The position numbers were made by a program, and so were the translations under genes. From Epiperipatus broadwayi (lineage: Eukaryota > Animalia > Onychophora), in the NCBI GenBank assembly GCA_028023455.1, contig JAQFVV010000008.1, positions 7,254,001-7,318,000 of the forward strand: 64,000 nucleotides of DNA, read 5' to 3'. The stretch's first letter is position 1; each line of letters begins with the position of its first letter. Positions 51,943-64,000 of this stretch are shown here, piece by piece. Below the pieces are notes generated by a model. It was given only the letters and a program-made list of their open reading frames with translations, did not search any database and was not told the DNA's origin.

Positions 51943-52610
51943 GTGCTGTGTCTTATGACCAGCAAGTAAATAAATGGACAAAGGCAGAATTGAGATGGTA
52001 AGATTATAGTTTAATATGAATAATTTTAACTATATACATAGCCTATTTTAAGGCATAATAAAATAATAAAAGGTCATGGTGACCTGCATATAAATACCCT
52101 AGTCCTGCTTTTGGACTTACAGAGCAGGAGTCTCTGACTAAATTAAAACTCAGAACATACTGCGAACAATTAGATCAGATTATGGGGGTTTATATACCCT
52201 TCAAGACTTCTGGAGTCTTTTACATTCCTAACCATATATGGTGTTTTTACATACGTTTTCACATACACACAGTATTTTCACATTTCTCACCATATATGGT
52301 ATTTTACATAGTTTTCTGACCCTATAAGGTCGGCTGGGCTTTCTATTATTGTACAACTTTCTATGATTTAACAACATTGCAATTTTACACAATCATTATA
52401 CTTAATTACTATACAGTTATTTTACATATTTATTATACATTACAGTTATTACTTTTATTCTACATTATTGTACTCTTATTATTATACAATTATTATTCTT
52501 ATTTTACATACTCTTATTTTTATACAATTATTATTATTTACATATTCATTATACATTGCAGTTATTATACCTTGATCTTGAATACTGCAGAAAGCATATC
52601 ATAAGCTTCA
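51943..52610. repeat. Interspersed repeat family C, copy 1 (possible solo LTR)
   Basis: Collinear with 57943-58420 (GCAGAATTGAGAT, AAAGGTCATGGTG, CCCTAGTCCTGCTTTTGGACTTAC, TTCTGGAGTC, CTGACC.TATAAGG) and with the tail CTTGATCTTGAA at ~59440. TATA-like GCATATAAATACCC is present. Confidence 0.7.
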
Positions 52611-52660
52611 TATTTAGCAACCTCTTAATGTTAAATTAATCTTCAGTTAATAGATGTAAA

Positions 52661-53025
52661 TATAACTTTTTAATAGTTTTAAATGTATGAAATAATGTGG
52701 AAGTACTGAAAACTCCCAATGAGCTATATGTACATTAACAGTCAGTAAACATAAATGTAGATCTTCGATTGTATATAAGCATATCATTCATTAACATACT
52801 TACACGCAGAGGGATTTCAGAATATCTTATGATTGTCTTGAAATTATTTTAATTTATATAAATTACGCTCTGCATGTAAGTATGTCAGTAAATGATATGC
52901 TTATATACAATCAAAACTATAGTGTAGTAGAGTTGATTCAACATTTACATTTACTGACAGGTAATGCACATATAGCTCGCTACTTCCGCATTATTTCATC
53001 TATTTCTGGCTATTAAAAAGTTATA
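52661..53025. mobile_element. Hairpin MITE (~150-bp degenerate arms); partial copy at ~51833-51943
   Basis: TATAACTTTTTAATAG..GAAATAATGTGGAAGTA..GAGCTATATGTACATTA..GATTGTATATAAGCATATCATT..CATACTTACACGCAGAG is inverted at ~52868-53025. Confidence 0.75.
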
Positions 53026-53418
53026 TACAGTATATATATATTAGAAACACTACATTAAAAAAAAAAAAGATAGAAATATTACATTTTCAAAATATAAACA
53101 AGTAAAATTTTAAAGTTTCAGTTAGAATAAAAAAAATATTAGTTTTTATTGTGCTATTTTTTTAGATCATAATCTCTTTATGTTGGAAAAAAATTAAGTA
53201 ATACAACATAAATCAAAATCTAAAAATGGTCCTAAAATATATTGGAAAATTTCTGGGATAATTGCAATAGAAACCATAGAATTTTAAAAACATATTTCAA
53301 AAGTTAGAGTCATTTGTAATAACATTGAAGTAAGAACTATTTACAAGTTATAAAAAAATTTGTCATAAGTACATATTAATAATTTTGTTACTGTTCTTTC
53401 AGAGTTGGAAACTAGAAT

Positions 53419-53671
53419 ATGGATGTCCCCTATGCATCAGGCCTACTCTTAATGTTTGCAGCTACAACAGCCACTCAAAAGTGCAACTTTTTAGATTTGT
53501 TTCAAATCCCTGGAGATGTAGTAATTAGCTGCATTTTTGATTTGCACGAAGGCTCAATAAATGGAAGCGTTTGTGAGACCTTTCATCCAACAAGTATACA
53601 AACTTTAGAGGCTGCTATTTGGACAATAAATAATCTGAATAAAATCAACTTTACAAGAGGAATTAAATTAG
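53419..53671 (+). CDS. First coding exon of a divergent class C GPCR (mGluR-like Venus-flytrap N-terminus); partial gene
   Basis: Acceptor TGTTCTTTCAG (to 53402), ATG at 53419, signal-peptide-like start. IPGDVVISCIFDLHEG parallels GDIILGGLFPVH, the conserved Cys is in VCET, and IQTLEAAIWTINNLN..GIKLG parallels IQRLEAMLFAIDEIN..NITLG. A phase-1 GT donor at 53672 sits at the intron position typical of this family. No downstream exon was found in the window. Confidence 0.85.
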
Positions 53672-53845
53672 GTAAAAGACAGCTTTATGTTGCATACATG
53701 TACATATTTATTATAAAAACAGCATAGAAAAAACAGTGCCATCAGGTATTCACATTTGCATATCTTAGCTATATGTTGACATTTTCTGTTTTTTCTAGAC
53801 ATATTAGTAAAAAAAGATGTTTGGATTCTTGCTACAATAAACAAA

Positions 53846-54119
53846 TGGTGCTCTTTTAGTATGCAATGTACACTGTTTTGAATTTCAAAAATGACCAAAA
53901 ACATCGTCTGACACATCTAAGTGATAAAAAAGTACGCAAAAATGCAAAAAATTTGGAACTCAGGTCTCTTACGTTTTGACCTTTTTTCCAAGTTAGTCAC
54001 ATGACCCAAATTCTAAATTGTTTGCGTTTTTGTGTTCTTTTTATCACTTAGTTTCAGATGATATTTATGGTCATTTTTGAAATTCAAAATAATGGAAATT
54101 GCATACTAAAAGAGCACCA
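53846..54119. mobile_element. MITE with ~110-bp degenerate TIRs
   Basis: TGGTGCTCTTTTAGTATGCAAT..TTTTGAATTTCAAAAATGACCA..CTAAGTGATAAAAA is inverted at ~54010-54119. Confidence 0.8.
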
Positions 54120-54489
54120 AACAAAGATTATGTACTATATCATTATAAAATGATTTTTCCAAAAAGCCATTGTGTCATTTATCATGGATAGATTTTTGTT
54201 TCCTTAAACTTTGCTACAAAACTATTCATTAATTCATCTCTATATTATTAATTAACATTTTAAATGCAATCTGTTAAAATTTTCAATGGTTTCATTTTAT
54301 CTGATGAATAGTAATTTAATAATATAATGTATAAAATTTCTGGTGAATAGTAATTTATAATCCCTTCCCCTTTCCAAAAAATAATTTAAGCAGCAAGTCT
54401 TTAATAATTCATAATTGGAAGTTGTTATATATCTACTAAATTATGTTTCATATACATATGTAATGACTGAATCAATAAATTACCAAGGA

Positions 54490-57400
54490 TGCGATGTGAT
54501 GCACTATGGCTTCTCCTTTCTCGGAATCAGGAATCTCTCAGTTACTATGTGCAAAAAAACCTGTTAGCTACCTTCCCTTCTGTTTCCATTCTCCACCCTA
54601 TTTTTTTCCCATATTCTTCTCTATCCTATTCCATTCCATTTTCATAACATTGTTTTTGTCCACTCTTTGCATTATATCTAAATCTCCCTTATCTTTTTCC
54701 AAACCCAGTATAAAAACCAATAACAAACTTATTGAATAATCTCCTTGTTTATATTTATTCTCCCACAACTTTATTATTTGTACTGTTTCTGCTTGTAAGC
54801 ATGTACATTCAAGTAACAGATGCCTAATATTTTCCATGCTTTCCTTACATAACTTGCAGACTAAATCACCAACATTTTTCCATTTATGTGTATATTCCCT
54901 TGTTGCTAACGATCCTATCTGAGCCTTAAATAGTAAACTAGTTTCCTTGCTATTGTCATAAATTAACTCACGCCCAATATTCTGTTTACTTCTATATATA
55001 TATATTTAAACTTTTTACTCTCCATATTAGTTCTCCATATCTCCAACTCCCTATTTTTTATTAATGCATCTATTCTTCTATCCCATTCCTTGCCCTATAA
55101 CATGCAAGAATTATCCTAACATAATCATCCCATTTTTTATATAAATATACTGACATAAAATCTTTATCCAAATCTTTTGCATATCATACTACCTTTCTCA
55201 CCCATTTTGTTGTCTGTCCTTTACTCATAACCCAATTAAATACTATTTTGACTAGTTTCTTATCATTCATAAATTGCAATATACCGCACATTTTCATTTT
55301 GCTTTTTGCATCTCTCATATAAAAATTTGACCATCCCATTTCTCCTGAATTGCCTCCTTTGCCATCCACGCATCTGCATCTAATGCATGTCTTCCTACTT
55401 CTCTTTGCACATTTTCTAAATAATTTAACACTCCTTTACTAACACATAACACTTTGTTACCATAAGTTAACTCTCTTCCATACAATTCTTGCTATATCAT
55501 ATTTATTATATGAAAACCTTGTTAATTTCTTTATCAGTCCTTTTCTTTTCTTTGTTTCATTTATCAATTTTTTCTCCAATTCACCCAAACAATTTCTCTG
55601 ACTACTTAAGATGATTCCCAAATAGTTATACCTATTCATTGCATTTAGCTTTATATCCCCCAATAAAAATTCTCTTTCCCCAATATTTATCATTATGTTT
55701 GATTTTTCTTCACTAAATTTAATCCCCATCTCTTTACCCACTCTTGCACACATCTTCAACATAACTTCTATATCTTCCCTATTTTCTGTGCACAATAACA
55801 TATCATCAGCAAATAAAAGACCTGATAATATAGACAATCCCTTGCCATTTATTAATGGTATCTCTACCCCTCTTTTTAGTCTTTTCTACATAGGTGACAT
55901 ATGGTGTACTTGCCTTAGTCCCATCTCACTTTTAATTCTGACTGATTCTATATTTCCTAATTGATATAAGATTTACTAAAGTTCCATTCATTCCCAAATT
56001 TACTAAACTTATATCATAATCTATTTCTATTTACTCTATTATATGCCTTCTCTATATATATAAAGACCATATATAACTGTCTACCTTTATTCCTACTGTT
56101 ATCTATAAATTGTGTGACTACAAATAAACTACTTCCTATATGCCTATCTGATCAAAAACCTCCTTGCATTTCTTCCATTTATATTATTTTCTTCCATCTA
56201 TTTCATGATTCCTTCCAAACATCATATATGCAAAAACTTTATATAACACTGAACTTACCACTATCAGTCTATAATTGTTTAACTTTCTATGACCTTTACT
56301 CTTTCCTTTAAATAATATATGTACTCTTGTATTCTTCCAGCTATCTGGAAATTCTCCCCTTTGTCTCATTTTATTAAAACATGATAATAAATTTAATTTT
56401 CTCATATTTCCTAAATTGATCACCATCTCTGCTAGCCATCCATCTAAATCTCTTGCCTTTCCACATTGTCATTTCTTTCCTACTTCATTCAATTCATTTT
56501 CTGTAAACCTAATATTTCTATTACTATAATTATGTTTGTTATCACTCTGCTCTTCACATCTAACCTTTTTTCTATATCTACTACATACTTATTTAAGATT
56601 GTCTCTAATTCTTCTCTAGAGCTATACTCGTTTTCCTCATCATTTAATAATATTATTTTACTCTCCCCTATATATTTTTTAATATATTTCCAAATTTTTT
56701 TACTTTCATCTCTTCCATGTTTATGAATATTCTCCAATAATTTACTATTTAATTTTATTCTCTTTATATAATTATCTATTTTAGCTAACTTCTTTTTTTA
56801 AAAAAAATATTTTCCCCATTTAATATTGATATCTTTTTCACTTTTTTTGTTTTAATAGCATTCCTTACTTTTATTAATTCTCACTTTTCTATAGAAATTT
56901 TATTCTTCTGAATAGTCTTATCTAAAAGTCTATTTGTCACTTTTTCTAGTGAATCACACCAGTCCTTATATTCATCCCCAATAAACTCTTCCATGATTTC
57001 TTCTACTTTTATTTTATATTCTTCTAACTTATTCTTATCATTCATTTTCCATTAACATCTTTCACTATCCTTTCTAGTTTTATTACTAGTTTTCCAATAT
57101 TAACCATTTCTATTACAAAGAAATTATGATCACTATTATATACTTTCACTTCATTATCAGACACTCTAATTTCCGCACTTTATTCATTACCTCTTTCTCT
57201 ACTAATACATAATCAATTGTGTAAATATATTATTTCTAGACTATGTGTATTGTCCCTCATAAATATTTGATAAACTTCCAATGCTCAAATACACTCTCTG
57301 ACAAAAGATTTTCAAAAACTGTCCATTTTTTGTTATCAACGTCATCAATTTCTTCAGTATGCCCATTCCAAGCCCTATAATCATTATTTTCTTTCCTTTT

Positions 57401-57560
57401 TTTTAAACTCTATATATCCTTAACTATGCATTCATATATGCTATTGTTCCACTTCATTATAGTTTGATTATCTCCAGTAGCCATATACATTATAGCCAAC
57501 ATCCATTCTTGTCTTCATAACCTTAACGCAAACCACAAATATTCTTAACACTTTAACAAT
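54490..57560 (-). mobile_element. Decayed LINE (endonuclease + RT + C-terminal Cys/His motif), clade uncertain, inside the GPCR intron
   Basis: FPDSWKNTRVHILFKGK..NNYRLIVVSSVLYKVF (56184-56426); SGLLFADDMLL..KFSEEKS..YNYLGI (55457-55837); C-terminal CKLC..ENIRHLLLEC (~54800-54870); endonuclease-like remnants near 57200-57500. Confidence 0.88.
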
Positions 57561-57942
57561 ATTTAAATATTTTTTGACATAACTCCTATATCACCATCCT
57601 TTTTTTCTTTTCTATTTATACCCTGCCATATCAAGTCTTTCAGTGTAGGTTCTTATCTTAGATGTGTTTCCGAGGTGCTGGCTATATTCATGCACTGCCC
57701 CCTATTGTCTGATTTAGACTTTGCAATTGTAAGATGAATATTTAAATTTGCATTTCTTGTTTCTTATAAGGAAAATAAATTTGATAAATGGTCTTGGGGC
57801 CCATATCTAAATATATCCAAATGTGAACAAAATCTCATCCAATATGGATAATAGTTTAACTTCACAAGATAGATTTAATTTCTATTTAAATATTTTTATG
57901 AGTAAATAACCAAATAAAAAATAGATTTTTTAGATTACCTAT

Positions 57943-59460
57943 TTGCTGTGTTCTGTGAGCAGCAAATGAATAATTGACAAATGCAGAATTGAGATGATAA
58001 GCTAATAGTTTAATTTAAATAACATATGAGCATATTTAAAAATGCATATAGTCTATTTAAAGTGTATTAAAATAATAAAAGGTCATGGTGGCTGCGCATA
58101 ATAAACCCTAGTCCTGCTTTTGGACTTACATAGGCAGGAGTCTCTGATTTACATTAATACCAGAATGTATAGCCCAGGTTCTGGGAGTTTAAATACACCT
58201 CAAGAATTCTGGAGTCTAAACATTACCAAATATGGCATTTTTTACATGCACTTGGTATTTTTAACCTATTTTACTATATATGGTGTTTTTTTTAACAGTT
58301 CTCTGACCTTATAAGGCCAGCTGTGCAACTCTATGACCTAACAATATTGCTACACATTTATAGTTACATTGCTACACATTTATTATTACAGTTATTTATA
58401 TAATTATATATTATTTACACACTATCATTATAAATATAGGGGATTTGAACTCAGACTTTCAAGCATCCTCCAATTATCCACACTATCTCATACTACTTAT
58501 ACACATGACCAGGTACATGTAGAAAAGATAAATAATCACCAATATACATATTTCATGCTAAACCAGCACTCATCATTTAGTCCAAACTATCATTTCCCAC
58601 ATATATATATAATCAGTGCTCAGTTTATATTAGGATAGCACACTTTCATACTTTAATGGACAAGCTTCAATCTACTCCAACCTCCAATTCTTTAGCCATA
58701 CATACCATTATAATCTGATAATGGAAAGCTCAAATCCCATGCTGATACTAATATTATTGCCATGCTCTTGACCTCAAGCCACTCTGATCCCGCATATTTA
58801 GGATCTTATCCATTTAAATAGAAGAGGGATGGGGAGGATGCAGACTTAATGTGTAAATATTTGTAATACAGGCAATCTTCATATATCTGGAGCCTAATTG
58901 TAAATATTTAAATGGATAAGGTCCTGTACATGAGGGGTCAGAGTGATTTGAGGTCAACATGGGCATGGCAATAATATTAGCATCAGCATGGGATTGAGCA
59001 TTCCATCATCAGATTTTAATGGTATGGATGGCTAAAGAGTTGGGAGTAGATTGAAGCCTGTCCATTAATGTATGAGGGTTTACTATCTTAATATAAACTG
59101 AGCACTGATTATATATATATATGGGAGATGATAGTCTGGACTAACTGATGAGTGCTGGTTAAGCAAGAAATATGTAATTGGTGATTATTTATCTTTTCTA
59201 CATGTATCTGGTCAGGTGTATCAGTGGTATGAGATAGTGTGGATAATTGATGGGTGCTTGAAAGTCTGAGTTCAAACCCCTATATTTACAATTAGACTCC
59301 AAGTATATGAAGAGTGCCTGTATTTCAAATATTTACAATCATTATAAATAATTATTGTACAAAGTTATTATTTTTATTCTATACAATTATTGTATATTTA
59401 ATGTTGCACACACACACACACATATATATATATAGTCCTTGCTTGATCTTGAACACTGCT
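57943..59460. repeat. Family C copy 2, split by insertion of family A locus A3
   Basis: 57943-58423 matches copy 1, and the sequence resumes after the TSD at 59351 with the CTTGATCTTGAACACTGC tail. Confidence 0.65.
58431..59337. mobile_element. Family A locus A3: ~1 monomer (minus) joined head-to-head to ~0.9 monomer (plus)
   Basis: The minus arm 58431-~58909 returns to its starting sequence (TAAATAT). The plus arm ~58910-59337 carries CTGATGA at 59145-59151. Exact 13-bp TSD ATCATTATAAATA at 58424-58436 and 59338-59350. Confidence 0.9.
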
Positions 59461-60300
59461 CACATTCTTATGAGAACTGGGAAAAGTAAATGGTCATTTT
59501 ATGTTTGCATAAGCTAAATCAGATAATAGAGGGCAGTACACTTATATATTTAGTGTCTGGAATAATATTGTGTAATATATACACAGACATAATCTTTCAA
59601 TGCAATCATTGTTTTTATAACTTCATCTTCAATTACCTCCACTAATTGGATACTAACATGTTCCTGCCAAAATGATGGAATAACTTTGATAATAGCAACA
59701 AGTTATATACATGGATCAATTTGAGGTATATGTTTACAACTTTTACCAATAAAAGTCTTTATTTTAATAAAAACATAATGTAGTGGATCTAAAAAAAGGT
59801 CTAATCTTATAAATAGCCCAAATTAACTGCATTGGCCTTGGAACTTTTTGGTTATAAAATTCACCAGCAATATTTATGTGAAGAAAGTAATGACTTATTA
59901 CTGATAACTATATGACTTCACTTACATTCTATTCAAAAAAAAAATTTTACAAAAAAAAAAAAATGCAAGCAAACAAAAAAATACTTTGAAATTCATAAAC
60001 TTATTACATTTTATGAATCTCAATATAGCAGCAGCCATTTTTTCTTGTTAAATATAATGTTTTCAAATCTCAAACATTACTTTTTTTAATTATGTTTTCT
60101 TCATGATTTAAGTAGAATTTATTAACATAGTTGTAAACATTTGTCCAAAAAATTTTCTTTGTGATGTGTTTTTTAGTTTTATATATATTACATATTAGTA
60201 TATCTTTAGTAAATTGTAATATAATATAATGATTAATAAATTCAAAAAAATTCATAAAGCACTTTCATTAAATGAAAAAAAAGTTATTGATTTAATAAGA

Positions 60301-60737
60301 AAAAGTAAGAAGTCATATTCTGAAATTGCCATATTTTCAAAAGAATGAGTCATCGATCAGAGAAATTACCAAAAAATAGAGGCAGATTCATACCACTGTT
60401 GCTTGCTTATGATCCTGAAACAGCTAAAGATAAAACTAAAGTAAGAGATAATTTTTTAGTTAAAATAGAAAAATCCTTAAATGTATGGCTTTCTTGTATT
60501 GCATCAAAGTTTCACTGAAGAATTTAGCTAAGAATCTGGATCACACAATTCCAAGCTATTCATTGCAAATAGAAGATAGCTGTATAGATTCTATGCAGTC
60601 TTAGAAATGTTAAAATAATTATTTAATCTGCATCTTCTAATAATGAAACTGCTGCCACATTTTCATTAAAATTTTAAGAATTATTGAAAAAAAAAAAATG
60701 TCTGGATCAGGTATTTAATTGTTATGAAACAGAATTG
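60301..60737 (+). mobile_element. pogo/Tigger-type transposase remnant
   Basis: Frameshifted translation KKSYSEIA..KNESSIREI..PETAK..VRDNFLVKIEKSLNVW and ASSNNETAATF..QVFNCYETEL matches Tigger-type KNESSIREI and QVFNCDETGL motifs. Confidence 0.8.
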
Positions 60738-61900
60738 TGAATCATTGAACACCAGCACTATAAATATATATGTAAATGTGCTTTCTCATTTTATTATTAA
60801 TAACATTATTTTTAAATTTTTTTATTTATATTATGATCTTAATGTATGTTTGCATACTATACACATAAACATTACTAATATCATCAAAAATGGAAATTAA
60901 TGAAATCCCTTATTATTCTTTTATATAAATTAATAAATAATAAAAAGTATAACAGTTATATAAATATATATTAATAGTAATTACACATTAAAAGCTCTTT
61001 TCAGCATATAGTTTCATGCTTTATTCAAATGTTAAACATCTATTTTAAAGTTAACAAATTTTTGCAAACAACCCCCCCCCCCCCCAACCATCTAGTGTTC
61101 TGTAATGGAAGTAAAATAACAACAATAACAAAATAAAATATCAGAAAATAGAATAAAACTTTCATTACTGATTCAATATGTGATCAGAATATGAAGGTTT
61201 TATTCTATTAATGTTTTACTTTATTATTGTAGTTTTTTTTACTTCCATTATAGCACATTAGATAGTGTTTTATCTGCAGTGATTGGTTAACATTAAAATA
61301 AATGCTTAACATTTGAAAAGGTCATGAAACCTTGTGCCAAAAAAGACCTTTTATGTGTAATTATTATTAATATATTTATATAGCTGTTATATATTATTTT
61401 TATCATTTAATATAATTTATACACAAAGTATCTGTTATATATATATATATATGCGTGTGTTAAAAATGTAGCACTGTATATTTACAGTACAACAAACAAT
61501 ATTTACTGTATTATAATCAAGGCTTGTCAACAAATGTTAGCTATTATCTATGATATAAGATGTAGACAAGAGAGTTTGGAACAAAATGTAGTGTATATTG
61601 TGGCTTCACTATGTGTATATCTAAAAATGATTTTTCCTAAAATCTTTTGTGTCAAATATTATGGATAGATTTTTGTTTTTTTAAGCTTTGCAACAGGTCT
61701 GTTAATTAACTCTCATGTCTATATTATTTATGAATATGTAATTAAAAAAAAGTTAAAGCTGTGTGTGTTAAATATACATGTATAACAATCATTCTTATCC
61801 TGAGATGTTAATAATGGCATTTCATTTTACTTAGACATATATAGTGTAATTACACTCTCATGTTAAACTATAATAACTGTTGTCTATACTGAATTTAATG

Positions 61901-62185
61901 TAATTAGAAGGGATTTGAATTCAAACTTTCAAGCTCCCTACAGTTATTCAGTCCATCTTATACAACCAATCCACATGGCCACATACATGTGAAAAAAAAA
62001 AGATCTCCAATATATGTACTTTGTCCTGAAGAACTATTTATAAACTTCCTCTTTACCACACAAAATATGTATATTAAAAATCATTTATCTTTTTCACATA
62101 TATGTGATCATATGTATTGGTTGTATAAGATGGAGTGGATAGCTATAGGGAGCTTGATAATCTGAATTAAAATCCCTTCTAATTG
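61901..62185. mobile_element. Family A locus A4, older and diverged, inverted; hammerhead core largely lost
   Basis: AATTAGAAGGGATTTGAATTCAAACTTTCAAGCTCCCTA.. is inverted at ~62080-62185 and is homologous to the ends of A1-A3. Confidence 0.7.
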
Positions 62186-64000
62186 CAACAATTGTCTTGG
62201 ATTTTTACTCTTCAGGATTGAGATAAATAACTTTCCAATATTAATATAATTTTTCAGTGTTATGCAAGGATCATTGAACAATGTCCTTATAAATCATCAC
62301 TTTGGTTAGGGGCAGAACTACATTAACTGTCCATGTTTAGTGATACTTCAATAAATTTACTGTTCTGATCAATGGCCAAGGCTATGTTAACTGTATTATG
62401 ATTCTGATTACATGCTAAGCTTCTTAATGTATTTTGCATATATTTTTATATTATTTTTTTATTACAAACCTTCAACCACTGAGAATATTCACTAAATGAA
62501 AAGAATCAAGATTACAAACTCATGTCATTAAGAATAAATGTAAAATTTATTTGTGAATGACAATATCATACACATACAAAATTATCAGCTTTTAAAATAT
62601 TATTCTAACATTATTTCTGCTAATAAATACTTTTGGATATAGAAACAGTAATCTAATAAGAACACTAATAATTAATCAATGCATTAAGTCATATAAATTA
62701 AACTCATTAAACATGATAGTAATGACAATCAATAATAATCATTGCATTTGAATGCACAAACAAAAAATTAAATATAAGCATAATAACTAATAAAAATACA
62801 TATTAACAGTGTTTTATTTAAAATTTATCTGCAAACACTCTCACACTTTTAAATACTTTGTTTTATTTAAATTGACATATTACCTGTATTAAATTTTTTA
62901 TGTAGTTTGCATAATTCAAAATATTATTAATACCTCATTTTCTGATACTTGGAAATACTTAGATATAAACCATATATATATATACACACTGTATTTTACA
63001 TTCAAATAAATACTTTATCAATTCAACATTTAAATAGTCTTATTTATTATTCATAAACAAAATTTGGATTAGCTATCTTGAAGTAATTATCTTTTTTTTT
63101 TTTTCCCAAAGGTGTCAATTATCACTCCAATATCTATAATTATTACTAATTTTTAAGAACTTAAGTAAATCTCATTTCTCTTGCTATCTTAATAAGTTAA
63201 CTTCTAAATTATTTTTTTCAAATTTTCTCTGTATTACTTTATTTTTAACATTAATAAACAAAAAATATATATATAAGCAAAAATCTTTCTAACTTATCTA
63301 TTGCAAATTTTATAAATCAATATTTATTTATACAAAGTGAAATTACATATAATGGAATTAAAATTATAAACAGATTTTAAAAGGTTAACAATATATGATA
63401 ATGAATGCTTTCATTAGATTTCAATTAATTTAATTGCAATCTAAAGTTTCTTTTATTTCCTGCTACAAGTACTTTTACTCTGTCTAATAAAAAGTTTGTA
63501 GAAATTATTCAGGCATGCACTTATCTAGTTCATGAAGTGGAAATTTAATAATAACTAAAAATGGTGGCATTATACATTGTTTTAACTGGATCTGTGGCTA
63601 AGATTCCTTAGTTTAAAACAGAAAAGTAATTTTCCAATTGTTTTTATTCAATAAACCAGCAAAATTGTTAGCTGGAAATTTGACATCAATAAAAAAAATT
63701 ATATATGAGTAAACTGAAAATTTGACATTATTAAAAAGATGTTATAGACATATATCTTGGCAATGTGGTTAAAATAAATTAGTTTACTTTTAGATAGTTA
63801 TGGATTTATTTGTTCTCAGCATTAGATTTCTCTGCATACATTCTTTGAGACTTAAAACTTGTATAGTAGCAAGATAATCTGATTATTTTTATCTCTTCTT
63901 TAATATATGCATATTGGAATGGCTAATTGGCACAAAAACAATCTACTGACTTACAAGATGAATCTAGTCATTTAATAATTTTTTAAGCCTTATGTATTTT

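Noticed and set aside
53672-53727. C-terminal part of ORF 53419-53727 (KRQLYVAYMY...)
   Set aside because: This is read-through into the intron after the GT donor; family similarity stops at GIKLG.
1567-60255. Most short ORFs in the supplied track (for example 2112-2354, 5383-5568, 8038-8256, 27522-27707, 40447-40641, 52377-52604, 58369-58638)
   Set aside because: They are low-complexity F/L/I/Y/N-rich translations of AT-rich DNA or antisense shadows of repeats, with no domain motifs or splice context.
61541-61680. Possible second GPCR exon (AIIYDIRC...)
   Set aside because: The acceptor lacks a pyrimidine tract, the frame ends in a stop, and the downstream part matches a repeat also present at ~54140-54260.
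4700-63000. Scattered (TA)n, (TG)n, (CA)n and (CT)n microsatellites and poly-A/T runs
   Set aside because: They are short, ubiquitous background for this genome and were not listed individually.

Overview
Very AT-rich eukaryotic DNA, probably from an invertebrate animal (inference), made up almost entirely of intron/intergenic sequence and decayed transposons. Only one host coding exon is supportable: the first coding exon of a divergent class C (metabotropic glutamate receptor-like) GPCR at 53419-53671. The retroelements are RTE-type LINEs, one LINE of uncertain clade, a Penelope element (RT + GIY-YIG), three Ty3/Gypsy elements (one structurally complete, with LTRs, PBS, PPT and a 5-bp TSD) and tRNA-derived SINEs. 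A pogo/Tigger remnant and several hairpin MITEs are also present. The most striking system is a set of short non-coding repeats carrying type I hammerhead ribozymes: family A (473-nt circularly permuted monomer, 4 loci), family B (4 loci) and a minimal-hammerhead family E, plus hammerhead motifs at the Penelope 3' end and at 6.9 kb. These look like Penelope-mobilised retrozymes. Eight of these nine loci are head-to-head inverted (fold-back) insertions. Six have candidate 12-17 bp target-site duplications around the whole palindrome, and five inversion junctions fall inside the ribozyme. This suggests a twin-priming or template-switch integration route from multimeric or circular RNA. TE sequences show strong CpG decay while a few islands keep CpG. 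All alignments and RNA folds were done by eye; no database searches were run.
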